A DNA stretch of 64,000 bases from a virus: positions 32,001 through 96,000 of the IMG/VR virus record IMGVR_UViG_3300045971_000163; one strand, written 5' to 3'. The notes under the pieces were generated by a model. It ran no database searches. It was not told the DNA's origin and saw nothing but the letters and a program-made list of their open reading frames with translations. Position 1 is the first letter of the stretch, and the number at the start of each line of letters is the position of its first letter. Of this stretch, positions 27,791 to 40,600 are shown in pieces. Both the position numbers and the translations under genes were made by a program.

Positions 27791-29887
27791 TTAAACAGAT
27801 CCCGCGCCAAATAGTGCTGTAATGTCACCCGCCACAGTAAAATTACCGGTTGAGTCTAACCTAGCTTTATTTGCCCCACCAAATGCAAAATATAGTGAAG
27901 AGCCTGAGGCTATGATGGACCATGAGCCAGACTGCAATTGTGATGCAATACCTGACGTTGGACCTGCTGGCCCTGTGGCACCTTGAGGTCCAGTGGCACC
28001 TGGAGTACCTGCTGGCCCTTGAGGTCCAGTGGCACCTTGAGGTCCAGTGGCACCTGGAGTACCTGCTGGCCCTTGAAGTCCAGTTGGGCCGATGACTCCA
28101 GTGGAAGGACCTGCTGGTCCCATTGGGCCCGTTGGGCCCATTGGTCCGACTACCCCAGTCACTGGACCTTCTGGCCCTGTGGCACCTTGAGGTCCTTGTG
28201 GGCCAGTGGCACCTTGAAGTCCGCGTGGCCCAGTGGCACCTTGGGGGCCTACTAGGCCTTGGGGGCCTGGGGTTAGCGACATAGTGTTTATTTTATCAAC
28301 AACAAATGCTGTCGTTGCAACAGTAGTACCGGAACTCGTAGCCGGTGGAGTAGGTGCAGTTACAGTTCCGGTAAATGTTGGATTGGCTAGCGGTGCTTTA
28401 AGTGCTAGTTCAGTATTGGTTGTGTTTGCTACTACTGCAACTGAATTAGATATCGCAGTAGCCACAAAATTAGTAGTAGCTAATTTGTCTGAGTTATCTG
28501 ATGCTACTGGAGTTGGTGCAACTGGAACTCCAACAAAAATTGGCGAGTCCAATGGTGCCTTAGTTGCAAGGGCTGCGGTATTATTAGATGCAAAATTTGT
28601 AGCGTTCCCAAGTGATGTTGCTATAGCCCCTAGTGTTTGTAATGATGATGGTGCAGTACCTTTCAATGCTGCTATAGCGATGTCAGTATACACATTTGCG
28701 CTAGATGTGCTACTATCTATGCTGTTAGTAACAAACAACTTATTCGCAACATCTGTATTAGCAGTTGGCGCCACCGTAACTGTTGCATTTGTAAACGAGC
28801 CAGATGTTGCAGAAACATTATCTCCCATGAACAATGAAGCGTGAATATTAGCAAACCGCATACCAACAGAACCCAAACTACGGGTATTGGTAGTATTTGG
28901 TAATAAGTCTGCTTTAATGCTTACACTACCATCATCTTTAATAAAGTTTAAAGCTCGTGTTGTCAACGTAGAATCTACATAAGCCTTATTTGCAACACCA
29001 TCATTAGAGTCTGGTTGCAACGGAACAAATACTTTGCCCGTGATGCCCTCAACACGCAAAGCTGTACGTGTAAGACCGCCAGTATTAGTATGAATAACTA
29101 TGTCTTGGTCTTGTACATTGCTGTTTAGTGTTACTTCATTACCACTAGTACCAATAGTAAAATTATTGTTAGTGCCAACAGTTAACCCAGTGTTACTCGC
29201 TACTGTCAGTGAAGCATTAGTGGTACTTGGGATATCAGAGCGTAAAAAGTTTGCTGCTGCAACATTACCTAAGTTTAACGCATTATTTGCGTTACCGTAG
29301 TATTGTGCTGAATAAGAGGATAAATTAATACCTGGATTTATCGTAGTAAACCCACCAATGTTATTTGTTGTAAACTGCGAATCCTTACTAATAATAGCAA
29401 TAATGGACCCAGCAACATAAAGTTTAACTATTTCGTGATTTGCCCCATATATATCGGTCACAGTTGCAGCAATCGCTCCGCCAATGCCGTTTGTGGCTTT
29501 ATATGCTGGTCCAACTGTAGTCCAAGCCGCGCCATCGTATACGTTAAGTTGCTTACCTGTAGTATCCCACCAAAAGTCACCCTCGACATTCACTGATGGC
29601 GCTGTATTGCGCGGCCCTGATCCACTTATTACTTTCCAATCAATTCCATTGCGGACTTTCATTGCTTTAGCAACAGAATCCCACCATAATTGACCCTGTA
29701 ATGGATTAATAGGCGGGGTTGTATTTGCAAAGTTTTCCAAAATCTTAACCATGTTTTGGTTTTGCAATGGGCCATAACCTGCAAAGTTTTTACCAAACAG
29801 TGTTAAGCTTGTATATGATGAATCTTGGCTACCATCATTAATAGTAACTAGAGGTAAACCATTAGATAATTTTATATTGTATGACAT
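27791..29887 (-). CDS. Tail fibre protein with collagen-like Gly-X-Y segment
   Basis: Same N-terminal module as 24862; [11 protein letters not shown] / [11 protein letters not shown] fibre motifs; ~105-aa GXY region. Confidence 0.8.
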   Translation of the reverse strand: MSYNIKLSNGLPLVTINDGSQDSSYTSLTLFGKNFAGYGPLQNQNMVKILENFANTTPPINPLQGQLWWDSVAKAMKVRNGIDWKVISGSGPRNTAPSVNVEGDFWWDTTGKQLNVYDGAAWTTVGPAYKATNGIGGAIAATVTDIYGANHEIVKLYVAGSIIAIISKDSQFTTNNIGGFTTINPGINLSSYSAQYYGNANNALNLGNVAAANFLRSDIPSTTNASLTVASNTGLTVGTNNNFTIGTSGNEVTLNSNVQDQDIVIHTNTGGLTRTALRVEGITGKVFVPLQPDSNDGVANKAYVDSTLTTRALNFIKDDGSVSIKADLLPNTTNTRSLGSVGMRFANIHASLFMGDNVSATSGSFTNATVTVAPTANTDVANKLFVTNSIDSSTSSANVYTDIAIAALKGTAPSSLQTLGAIATSLGNATNFASNNTAALATKAPLDSPIFVGVPVAPTPVASDNSDKLATTNFVATAISNSVAVVANTTNTELALKAPLANPTFTGTVTAPTPPATSSGTTVATTAFVVDKINTMSLTPGPQGLVGPQGATGPRGLQGATGPQGPQGATGPEGPVTGVVGPMGPTGPMGPAGPSTGVIGPTGLQGPAGTPGATGPQGATGPQGPAGTPGATGPQGATGPAGPTSGIASQLQSGSWSIIASGSSLYFAFGGANKARLDSTGNFTVAGDITALFGAGSV
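27950..28267 (-). repeat. Collagen-like repeat region containing a 48-bp exact direct repeat at 54-bp spacing
   Basis: [18 protein letters not shown] units; 27975-28022 identical to 28029-28076. Confidence 0.85.
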
Positions 29888-29898
29888 CTTTTTATTTC

Positions 29899-30882
29899 CT
29901 AAAATCGGCCAACTGCAATAGACACTAATCGTACACCTGAAGTTGAACTATCTTCCAAACTCTTTCCTATTACACAACCAGGGACCCATTGGCTTGCGTT
30001 GGTTAATGCGGTTGCTACCCCTGCTATTGTGGACTGTACTAACAAATCACCCTTATTAACTACCCCAGTTACTTTGCATCGTGTCTTTCCTAGCGTTGTT
30101 ACTGGTACAAAAAATACAGTACCTGCTGACGTATACGCAATATTTTCTGTGATAACCCCAGCAATTTTTGTGTTTAAGTACAAATTACTAGTAGTTACTT
30201 CGTATGCACCTCCAAATACTACTACGCTACCTGCTTCGTATGCTGCATCAGCGTTGTATGTTTCTGATAGTTTTTCGGATGCAGTAGCAGTTCCATTAAA
30301 TTTTAATGTGCTTGCCAGTGTAATACCAGGCAGTAGTTTAGAAAATCCTGACACGTTATCTGATATTTCAAACGCTGCACCAGTATTAATAATAGCTGCA
30401 TTGTGCCCATCAACTTTTATAAGTGCTACATTATGGTTAGTTCCACCAGCATCGCTTAATAATACTGGGTCCATACCGTAATAGTTTTGCCCCTTCCTGT
30501 ATGATGGGCCAACTAGTAACCACTCTGCTCCCGTATAAACCATAAGCTGGTGTGTGTCTGTGTTCCACCATTGATCCCCGTCAATGGGGTTAATAGGGGT
30601 AAGGTGGCCAACTGCTGAACTAGAGCATGGTTTGAACCTATTGCCGTCAAAAAAGTTTAATACTTTACCGTCTGAATCCCACCATAACTGTCCAGCTATA
30701 GGATTCAGTGGCGGTGTTATATTTGCGCTATTTTCTAGTAAGGAAACAAAATTGTTGGCTATTAGTTGTCCATAGTTATTAAAGTTTTGGCCAACCAATG
30801 AAATACCTAGCGAATTGTTAACAGTGCCTTCGTTAACGATTGCGTATATTTTACCATCAGTATGTGAAACGTTGTATGCCAT
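29899..30882 (-). CDS. Short tail-fibre paralog with degenerate IMC-like C-terminus
   Basis: Shared N-terminus ([11 protein letters not shown]...LLENSAN...GQLWWD); C-terminal [16 protein letters not shown]...VNKGDLLV...IGKSLE. Confidence 0.7.
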   Translation of the reverse strand: MAYNVSHTDGKIYAIVNEGTVNNSLGISLVGQNFNNYGQLIANNFVSLLENSANITPPLNPIAGQLWWDSDGKVLNFFDGNRFKPCSSSAVGHLTPINPIDGDQWWNTDTHQLMVYTGAEWLLVGPSYRKGQNYYGMDPVLLSDAGGTNHNVALIKVDGHNAAIINTGAAFEISDNVSGFSKLLPGITLASTLKFNGTATASEKLSETYNADAAYEAGSVVVFGGAYEVTTSNLYLNTKIAGVITENIAYTSAGTVFFVPVTTLGKTRCKVTGVVNKGDLLVQSTIAGVATALTNASQWVPGCVIGKSLEDSSTSGVRLVSIAVGRF

Positions 30883-30887
30883 GTTCT

Positions 30888-31502
30888 TTATCCAATAAAG
30901 TTCAAGTTAGTCAACGTGCTAATACGTATAGTGTAATCAATTTGGATCAATCGATTTAGTGATTTTTGCACTGGGTGGAATATAACATGAGTAAGTAACT
31001 TGCCTTGACCAGCTGCATTTTGTTTAAATCCTTTGAGTCCAAGCTCGTCAAAAACGTATGAGCCAGATAAATTCTGGCTATTGTCAAATGCTGCTTGGTC
31101 GTTAGGCTCGCCGTAATCTAGTAAACAAGAAACCAAAATATCAGAATAGTTCTTGCCGACTATAGGGCGAACTTCCATCTTGTTTCGCAAACTATCTGGA
31201 TTAAGCAAATTGTTATCGTCTACAATTTTGTAGTATGTTGGGCTGTATAAATCAGCGTTCACACCTTCAGAATTTGGTGGCAAATACGCAATAACGCCTG
31301 TTGGATCAATGCTTGTTCCACCGTTGCCAAAATGCATTTCTGATATGAAACTATGCCCTTTATTAGATAAACTGTAAGCTAATGCTTCTGAAAAATTTTC
31401 AAAATGTATGGCATTATCCTTATCCACAAAAACCTCTTTGGTCTCTGGATTCCAAATCTTAATGTGTCCTTTAACCCCAAGTGTAAAATTCATTTCATTC
31501 AT
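30888..31502 (-). CDS. Baseplate/tail-fibre attachment-type structural protein
   Basis: GHIKIW, HFGNGG, VFDELGL, LLTHVIFHPVQKS..LIQIDYTI; position between wedge and fibres. Confidence 0.6.
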   Translation of the reverse strand: MNEMNFTLGVKGHIKIWNPETKEVFVDKDNAIHFENFSEALAYSLSNKGHSFISEMHFGNGGTSIDPTGVIAYLPPNSEGVNADLYSPTYYKIVDDNNLLNPDSLRNKMEVRPIVGKNYSDILVSCLLDYGEPNDQAAFDNSQNLSGSYVFDELGLKGFKQNAAGQGKLLTHVIFHPVQKSLNRLIQIDYTIRISTLTNLNFIG

Positions 31503-31675
31503 TATGCTCTTCCTTCGACTAAGGTTTCACCAGTGTTTTTATCAAAAATCTTAAATTTTGCGTCAATGCTAATACCTGACACATCGTCTGGTGCTTTTTT
31601 AGGCAGAGTTTCTGACAGAAATTGCTTGCCGTTCTCAACTTTTACAGTATCAGTTAATATGCGTTTTTCGTTCAT
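31502..31675 (-). CDS. Small 57-aa hypothetical protein
   Basis: Manual translation MNEKRILTDTV...KFKIFDKNTGETLVEGRA; TAATG overlap with the next gene; late promoter at 31681-31687. Confidence 0.65.
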   Translation of the reverse strand: MNEKRILTDTVKVENGKQFLSETLPKKAPDDVSGISIDAKFKIFDKNTGETLVEGRA

Positions 31676-31680
31676 ACAGT

Positions 31681-31687
31681 TATTTAT
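31681..31687 (-). promoter_or_regulatory. Late promoter (ATAAATA)
   Basis: Intergenic motif just upstream of ATG 31675. Confidence 0.65.
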
Positions 31688-31695
31688 CTATTATT

Positions 31696-34600
31696 TCAGC
31701 CTATAATATAGGAATCAAACGGGTCTATGTCGTATGGGTGTACTGGAGTACCATATTCTCCAAATCCATCGTCGTCAAACCTTGTATTGTTTGCGTTCGG
31801 ATCAATTCTACCACCCAAATCACCAGGAGCAGACGGCAAGAACGACCTTCCAGCATGTAAGAATCTTGCTTGAATTGTCCCGCTATCAAATAAACCAACC
31901 CCGTCCACAATACGGTCTGTAGTAGCGTATGGAACAGCGATAACGTTGTCAGCGTTTGGCACTGAGTCGTTTAACCAAGTCCGTTGTGGGACCGCAGTAT
32001 CACCTGGAATTGTTTGATATTCTGAGGCGTCAACTACGCGAGATCCAATGTCGTGAACCGCTGCGACTCCAGTGCCGTTAGTTCCGCGGCGTAAGTTAAG
32101 GAGCAGGTTATTACTACGATCAATGCCGTAATACACAATACGCTCTCCGTTAATATACACTACACCAGGGCGTAAAAGCGATGGATTTGGCGTTGGTAAA
32201 CCGCTAGTGTCTGCTACTGCTATTTGCCCAGGTGCCTTCACCACGCTAACCAGTGCTGATGTGTTGCCCGTTTGCTTACGTGCAAACAGTAATGCGTCTG
32301 CTTCGTTTAGTGCCCTAACTACCTTACTGCCAGTATCAAACGTTACAATCCATGAGTCCTGTGAATACAGTGGCGCTACTAGAGTTGTGGTGCTTGCTGC
32401 ACTGATACGCTTGAACTCCCAATCTGGTGCTGATGTAAATACTTCAGTCATTACTGTTGTAAAGTTACCTGGAGATACTTCAGTAGTTCTAGCCATTGGG
32501 TGAATCACTGTATTGATGTCGCGGCTGCGTAGTGTTAGTGTATTTGCAACGTAATCAACCCCGTAGAACAAGAATTTTTCACCTTCAATAAACACTGGGA
32601 GTGGATTCACTTGATCGTATGTTTTGTAAACTGGTTGCGGCGGCACAGATGCATCGAAATGGCTAAATGTTGGATCACTGAACATTGACACATCTGTGAG
32701 CTGTATTGTTAAATCTGCTGGTAACAAGTCAGCAGCTAGTGTTGTGGCATAGTTAGCCACATACTTCATAGGTTTTACTATTCTGTAACCAATGACTTGC
32801 GTTGTGCTCATATCAGCTGGCAACGTAAACACCTGCATGTCTAATGTGTCAAGCATCAAGCCTGGCACATATTCTTCAGGTGCGTGGCTGTTGTATTTGT
32901 CAATGAAGTAGCTGTTACCTAACTCTATTGAGCCGTCAGCGTCAGGGACATTAAAGAAGCTTTCAATGATTGTTTTTTCTTCGTCTGTGTCAAGGAATGT
33001 GGCGCCCACTACTTGGTCAGCAGTGTAACCGCCGCCCGTAAACAGTCGTGCATAGTCTTTTGGTGGCATACCTGGCACTGGATTGTAAAACTGGTCTACA
33101 CGGTTAGCTGCGTTGCTATAACTATTTGCTGCGTCTATAGTATCAGGCACATAACTAATACGGTCAAACGTAAGTGTTGAGTCAAACGAGCGTATCGTAT
33201 TGTTACGCATCATTACGTAGCCTTTAGCTGTTTGCTCACCAGCAGCATCAATGCCGTCACCCAATATTTGTAGCTCTGGTGTTGATGTATAGCCTGAGCC
33301 TGGATTTATAACATTGATTTTAACGATAGCACCCGTATAGAAATCAATAACTGCTTCAAGCACTGCCCCAGATCCGCCACCGCCTACTGCCAACACTGTT
33401 GGTGGAAGTGAGTAGCCGTAGCCTTGGCTTGACATTTTTACTGACTCAATAGAGTATGTATAGTTTGCTTTCCAGTCCGCATATTTTGTGTCGCTAGCAA
33501 GTAACAGGTCGTCTCTTGCATGTTCGCCAGACGGTGAGCGCCAAACGTTCAAGTCCGTGTCAAAGTATGCTGGCAAGTCAAAGTCAGTTGGCGTTACGTT
33601 TGCGGTTGTTGCTGCTTCATACTCTACAATATACTCACGTATCTTGGTTCTGTAAGGCTTAACTTCCTTAATGTATTCTTCGTAGAATGTTTGGTTGTCC
33701 CTAATATAACTTGGGAACTGCTCAAGTTTACGTAGTTTGTGCAACACAGAGATAAAGCTGGTTTTAAATGCCCAGTCAACCATACGTTGCTCAGATAGTA
33801 TGTAGTTGAGCATTATAAAGAACAAGTTATTGAACTCACCCTCTAGCGCACCCGTAAACAAGTCGTTTTTGACTGCGTTGAAAATATTGCGTATTTCAAT
33901 AGTAGGGTTTAAATCAAATCTTACTTCGTCAAAGTTTGCATTATCAAAGCCAATGTCACTGCTTTCGTGAGCCCAAAACGAGTTGGATATTTGTATAGTG
34001 CCGTCTTGTAATCCTACTAGCGTATGAGTTAAATCAGCCTCTATGCGATAAAACGCAAACTTCCCTTTGCCATTATCCTTAACAAACACCACATTGCTGT
34101 ATGCTAGTTTTGTTAGTTTGGAAATGTCTTTAAACGTTGGTACGGTATATGTTGGTTTAACTGTAAAATCAAACGCACTATCATACCAGTCGTCAAACTC
34201 CCAGTAATCTGTCGTAGCATAACTTTGTGTTCTAAATATAGTGTAAGTAAAATCTGCTTGAACTATGTATATAGCCCATTGATTATTATAACCATTATCA
34301 GACTTAACTAATACCTTACCATCAACTGGTAATGCATGTGGATTTAAATACGATAGTTCTTCAATTGTGTTAACTTCAGCAATATACATATATTCTGTTG
34401 GAATATTTTCAACCAAGTATAAAGTATCTAAGTTAAACTCAGATGCTGCTGGTTGTTTTTTTAATACTGAGTTTACATAGCCAGCAAACACACGCAATGC
34501 TTTCTGACGATTAACAATCATCGTTTGTTTTGGACGTATGGCAACGCCATAACGTTCTGCAGGTGTTAGTTTATTGTCTGGGACTAAGTTGCCCATCATG

Positions 34601-37600
34601 TCAGTGCCTGCTAAACTGTCTATTAACTTAGCAACTATTTTATCTGGGATTTTAGCGAAAGTTGAGTTTTCTTTGACCAGTTCATATTCATTGTGTGACA
34701 ATATGCTATTTTTAATGTTTGAGTAGTTAACTCGCAAAATCGTGTCGTCTGCAGACAGCAACGAGTCAATGTTCACTAACGCAACGGCATTGTCCTTAAT
34801 AACTTCCGCATAAGCTATGCCTTCTGTAGCTGGGCTATTAATCAAACTGGCAATACGCACTATACTCGCCCGTCGTGTGTTTGTCGCTGCATCTAATGTG
34901 TCTTTACCCGTTACCCAAAAGTAGTAGGTTGATTGGATAACGCCGGTTACATTGTTTACTGCTAATTTTTCAGTGTATGCTGTATTACTACTGTAAACAG
35001 GTACGCCTGGCCCAGTGTAACTTGCTGGCGGCACTGTACTCTTGACCCACTCGCATACTACAATCTCAGAGCCTGGGAACATTTGCCCCCAGTGTCTAAT
35101 ACGGTAATCTAAACCGTCTTGCTCGTAGTCTATATAGCGAACTTTAGATAAATCCCACCATACTTGACCAACTTTTTCTTCACCCCATACAAAAGTTTGA
35201 TCCAGTGTAGTATCCGCCACGTGCGTGGTGTTGTACTGAGCTGGGTCATATGAGGTTTTGTAAGTAATATCTTGTTCCGCAATGCCAAGAATTTTGCCCT
35301 TAGCTGGATCAATATAATCAAGTGTATCAATAATTTGCTGTGTTTTCTTACTGTAAACCATCAAGCCGTCAATGCTTTCTAAATCAACTGTTGGGCTTTC
35401 TGATCTAAATAATGCCCAACCTGGAGTTTTGTTTTTGTTTGTAAAGTATGCAACACCACCGACGTCTAACGCCGTGTGATCATTTGTTGGCGATCCAACA
35501 AATATACCACCGTTGGCTGCTGCAAGTGCCGCCCCAAAGTTATCGCCCATACTAATAACTGAACTAGACAGGGATTGTGTGAACGAGTATACTGTTTCTG
35601 TAGCACTACGCAATGGCTCATAAACGTATACTGCACCAGCATTCGGAATACTGTCACTGAACATAGTAGTGCCACTATCTAGTAGGAAATCAGTATTATC
35701 TATTTGCATTGGGCCAAAGTTAGTTGCTCCTGAGCTAGAGATCGCAATTGCACCAGTTGCTGTATCTTCAGCAAACGCCACACCAAAATACTCTAGTGAT
35801 TCGCTAAATGGTTTCTTTATTACTTGTACTATGTTAAAGTTACCAGTGCCGTCATTGACTAATCTATACACAACACCTGCGTGGTTGTCGTCTGTGATCT
35901 GGAATGGAGAACCAATCAACAACTCGTTGTTAGCAGTAAACATTACTGTTTGTCCAAACTTTTCATTTGCTTGCGGTACTAATGACTCTATAACGTCAGT
36001 GACCGTAGTAAATGTAAATGTGCCTGGTACTGGCTCTGCTCTCTTGTATACAAATACTTTACCAGCATTAACTATGGCATTGCTTGGTGCTGTAGTAGCA
36101 GATATTACTAACAATGAGCCATCACTGTTTGTAGCAATAGAATCACCAAAGTTAATACCAGGTAACACTAAAGTATCTACTAGAATAGGATCAGACAATA
36201 TAGTTTTAGTAAACGTTGTGGTGCTATTATCAAACGTCATTATAAATTTAGCAAAACAAAGAACTGTGCCTTCTGTTGGCGACGATACAAAGAACCACAT
36301 ATCGTCTTTACTAATTGCAATACTATGACCATAGCTGTCATTAGGCAACACTATTTCATCTGGTTCTATTGATGCCTGCTGTAAATTTTCTAAACTATAG
36401 TGAAGCAATTTGGTAGACAAATCCAAAGGATCAGTATGTGCATTTTGTGCACTAACTACGTATGACTTCGTGTTCATTGCGGCCGTTTTGCCTACAATGT
36501 AGTTATTGTTGTATTCCTCAATACCACCAACACCATTGTCCCTATACTTTAATAGGTGTGTAATGCTTGAACTCTTTAAGTATTCACCTGTAGCAGATTT
36601 AACATACATTGTCAAGCTATTTGATGTATTTCCTGGCGAGGTAACGATGACCACGCTGCCGTTGAAAGTAGACACTGTTGCCCCAAAGTTGCCATTAGCA
36701 ACTTCGGTAAACTCTGTTAGGTTGGCTGAAAAATCCCACAGTGAAGACTTTTTGTAAACTCCCCACTTAGCATCTATCGTGTTGTCCACCCACAGCATAT
36801 CCGTATCAAGCCAGTCAAACACTGGTGGCGTCTTAGTAACGATGTCTACGATTTCATTCACCCGTAAGCTATACAGTGTAAACATTGTGCCTGTGCCTTC
36901 TAAGCTTGGCACGGTTAGCATAGATTTTTCAAGTGTCGTAGAGATTGCTGCCACGATTGTATTAGCATCCTCCACTTGCGTTACCTTGTAGAACCCATCT
37001 ACGGAGTCCATAAAGTTTTTCACTGTGAAGATATCGTTCACTGCTAAGTGGTGTGGGCCGTCCGTTGAGAACCGTGCAGTTGTGTCAAGGTTGTAGTCTA
37101 CGTTTGTTAGCATTGCTGCTGCTTGCGACACCCTAAACACATTCCAATCACTCTTCAAGTCTTTCGCTACCCAGATCTTGAAACCTGCGTATAGTCTTGG
37201 CAACAATGCGTCTAATGCTGATGAGTGCTGTAAATCAAACACCGTTGCGTCTATGTCATTCAAGTTTACATAGCCAGCAGTAAGTAAATCACCGTCGTAT
37301 AGTGATGTCACTGACCTGTTGTTGAATAGCGTTGGTGTAAACTCACGAGATTTTTTATACAGTGTATTTTTGTTCTCTGCCACTGCGGCAATCGTAGAAG
37401 CCACTGCTCCAGGTTCAGTAAACTCCACAGTAAGCGGGATATTCTTATATTTGCTGTCGGACAGTTGTACTTCCACAAACTTGTCTGTACCAGTGGCACC
37501 GTATTCACCAACTCTAAATGCCCATTCTTCGTTTACTTGAACATCACCCATCAAGTTATTAAACGTAGCAGATGTCAGTGCAGTAATGGCGTCTGTTGTG

Positions 37601-40600
37601 CCCTTGTCGCGGATATAGCCTTGGTAGAACTTAGTTTGTGACGTTGAGTTAATACCCAAGTCAGTTAAGTATGAACGTTCTTGGTAACCAATCAAGTTTG
37701 AACTATGAGATTGTATTTTCTCGTTAACCACGTTTGAGTCAACGTCATACATATCTATAAACTTGCTTGCGTTGTAAGATAAGTTAGGTAACAAGCTTGG
37801 TTTTATTGACTGGTTGACTGCTACAGCCCATTGCCCGAAGTTAAACGCAGTAGCAGCATCAATGTTGTCAATGGCAGTGTATATTATATTTTTATACTTG
37901 ACTATCTCACCCTTTCTGTAATCAGATCCAGATGACCAGTTTTTGTATGCCGCGCCATAGTAAATAAAACCTGGTGGCGTTAGTTGTCCATCCCACGCAC
38001 CTGTCTTGTTACCTATAACTTTTAATCTGAACTGTCTGTTACCCAACTCTGGTGAGTAGATTACATCGTTGAATGCAGTTTTGTTATCAAATACTAATAC
38101 GTGCTCAAACTGCACCATATCAATGTCAGCAAATCCAACAGTGTTGCCCACTGCTGAGCCAATCTCAAATGTTTGCCCCTCGCGTACTACGTTAAACTCA
38201 GTAGTTGGTATCAAGTTAAAGTTTGTATCTAATATCTTAGACCCAAGTGGCAGGTTATTGATTTGATCCGCAACAGCATTAGCGTAAATAACTTTAATCT
38301 TGTCCTTCACTGGACTCAATACTACAATGTTTCCAATAGCCCAGCCTTGTTGTGACCAAGTTAAAAACTCTTTTGCTGACAATGGCCAATCCATTGCCTC
38401 GCCAAGTTCGCGGTTAAACTCATCGAATATAAAACCTTGCGATTCCAAATATCTGCCATAGCTAACTAAAAAGTCAACCACTTGCTGCTTGTTCTTAAAC
38501 TCTGTACCATACGGAATATCTAACTTCACACGTTGGTAATCTGAATAGATTGTGGCGCTAGAGTTGAATATGTTTATAGTGTAGTTATTAGACGTTACTT
38601 CACTAGGAATAATAGTAAAATATGGATTTGCTATATCATATCCGCTAACTGAAAATCCTGCTGCTGTTTTCTCAATAATAACCGCGCTATACGACAATCT
38701 CTCCACTGGAGATGATTTGTGTAAGTAGACAGCATAGTTTTCATCTGGCACCATGATTGAACTGTTAGTGCTAGATGGACTGCTTTGTTCAGCCAATACA
38801 CGTAAAAATGTCTTATCACTAAACCCAGCCATCTTGTATGCCAGTTTAACGTCAAGATTCTCTAATAGCGGTGTAAGTATAGAATCTGGTGTTAGCCCGT
38901 TAGAGGTTATATAATCCACTACCCAGTTTAAGTAGCCAGCATTGCGGGTCACTTCTTTACCAACTAGTTTACCATTGATTTTAAAATCCAACTTGGTTAG
39001 GCGCCTATTGCTCACTGACGACGTAAACTGATCAATAAGTGAATTTCTGTAGTAATCGTGAACTGACGATAGCTGGCCAAAATACACGCCTGGTCGCATT
39101 AGCGCCAATGCTTGCTGTACCGCAAAAGGATAGTTACTGGATTTTCTCCATGCTGACTCCACTGGACCACCGTCCCCAATAGCAAATGCTAAATCTGTCT
39201 TGCCGCCGTCAAAGTTGCTAACTAAAAACTCGTATGGGGCACGTAATTCGCCATTTTCAGTAACCGGAATTATTTTGGATAAGCCAGGGCGAGCATAATT
39301 TACATCAATACCTGCTCGTGTCCCTTCTCTAATCAATCCTAACTCCAAGTCACCCCATAACACCAAGTTACCACCAGTGTATGGTGCTGGACCATAATAG
39401 TTTTCCCACCAGGTTGGCTTCATGCCAAATCCTAAACATTCCCATGGGCGGGCATGCGGTGCGTCTGTGTCGTAGAAATAGTTAAAAATTCCGCGCCAGT
39501 AACCAGGCAACGCTGATCCATTGACAGTATCAGTGAATGCGTTATATGTCCACGAGAATGGGTTACCGCTTGTATACCATTGGTTAGAGCTGTAATCAAC
39601 CTTGTTGTTGCCTAACCAGCGTAAAAAGTTACGTGATACAATATTGTCGAAGTCTGATTTTGCGTAGTTGGTATTTCTAAAACGTCCAGGTACAACGGAG
39701 TTGATATCAAATGTGTGGTGGTCGTATACTGCTTTAATATTGTTATAAATGCGTAACTCTAATTCCATTAGCAAGTTATCGCGTATATCGCCAAACGCTG
39801 GGGTAATACTTCCATCGTGACCGCGTATTGCGTTTATTGGAGTTGTATACGTATTATCTAAAAACACCTCAGGGACAAACTTAGGGTATAGACCTAGTTT
39901 AGTAGGAGTTTCAGGAACGTAGCAACCGTCGGTATTGTTAAACGTAGTTATAGTTATTACATCATCATATGATAACTTATGTAAAAACTTAACCGCGGGC
40001 CGTGTTTGATTGAATATATAATCCTGGCCCTTAACTAACTGCACGCCGTTTACATATACTAATACTGCCTTGCTGCCTAAGTCAATGTCATTGAAGATGC
40101 TGTCTATTTCGTATTCAGCAATTTCTTCGTTCAACACGATATCAGTGATCATTGACCTGTTAGCATCGTACGGTACCATGTCGCTGTAGTACCAAGGCAT
40201 TTGCCTATTTTTCACTGCGTTCAACGACTTCATAATCATGTCAACACCAGTAGCGGGATCAGTGACACCCGCATCAACTACCATCGCGTATGATTCTAAG
40301 AATCTGTTTTTAAACTTAACATACTCGTTTTGCGCTAGGGTAATACTGTCAATGAAGTTAGTGTTGCTGTTAAGCAAAAATACCGAGCTATATGCTGCGG
40401 GTGCGCTATGTTGTAAAATCTTGCCGCCAATGTCTTTTACAAATATATCACGCAAGTTGCTATTGCCTGGTACATTACCAGTAATAGACAAACTATTTTC
40501 AGCTAGCGCAGTTACGTGGGAACTAATCTGTCCTAAACTTAAATTGTCAAACTTTGCGTTAAGTGCGTTAAACTCTAAACTTGGTGGTACTTCGTAGTAA

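Noticed and set aside
27950-28267. CRISPR-like array
   Set aside because: The repeats are in-frame collagen codons without unique spacers, and there are no cas genes.
23974-30882. Diversity-generating retroelement or invertible tail-fibre cassette
   Set aside because: No reverse transcriptase, invertase, or TR/VR repeat pair was seen; the fibre paralogs are diverged throughout.
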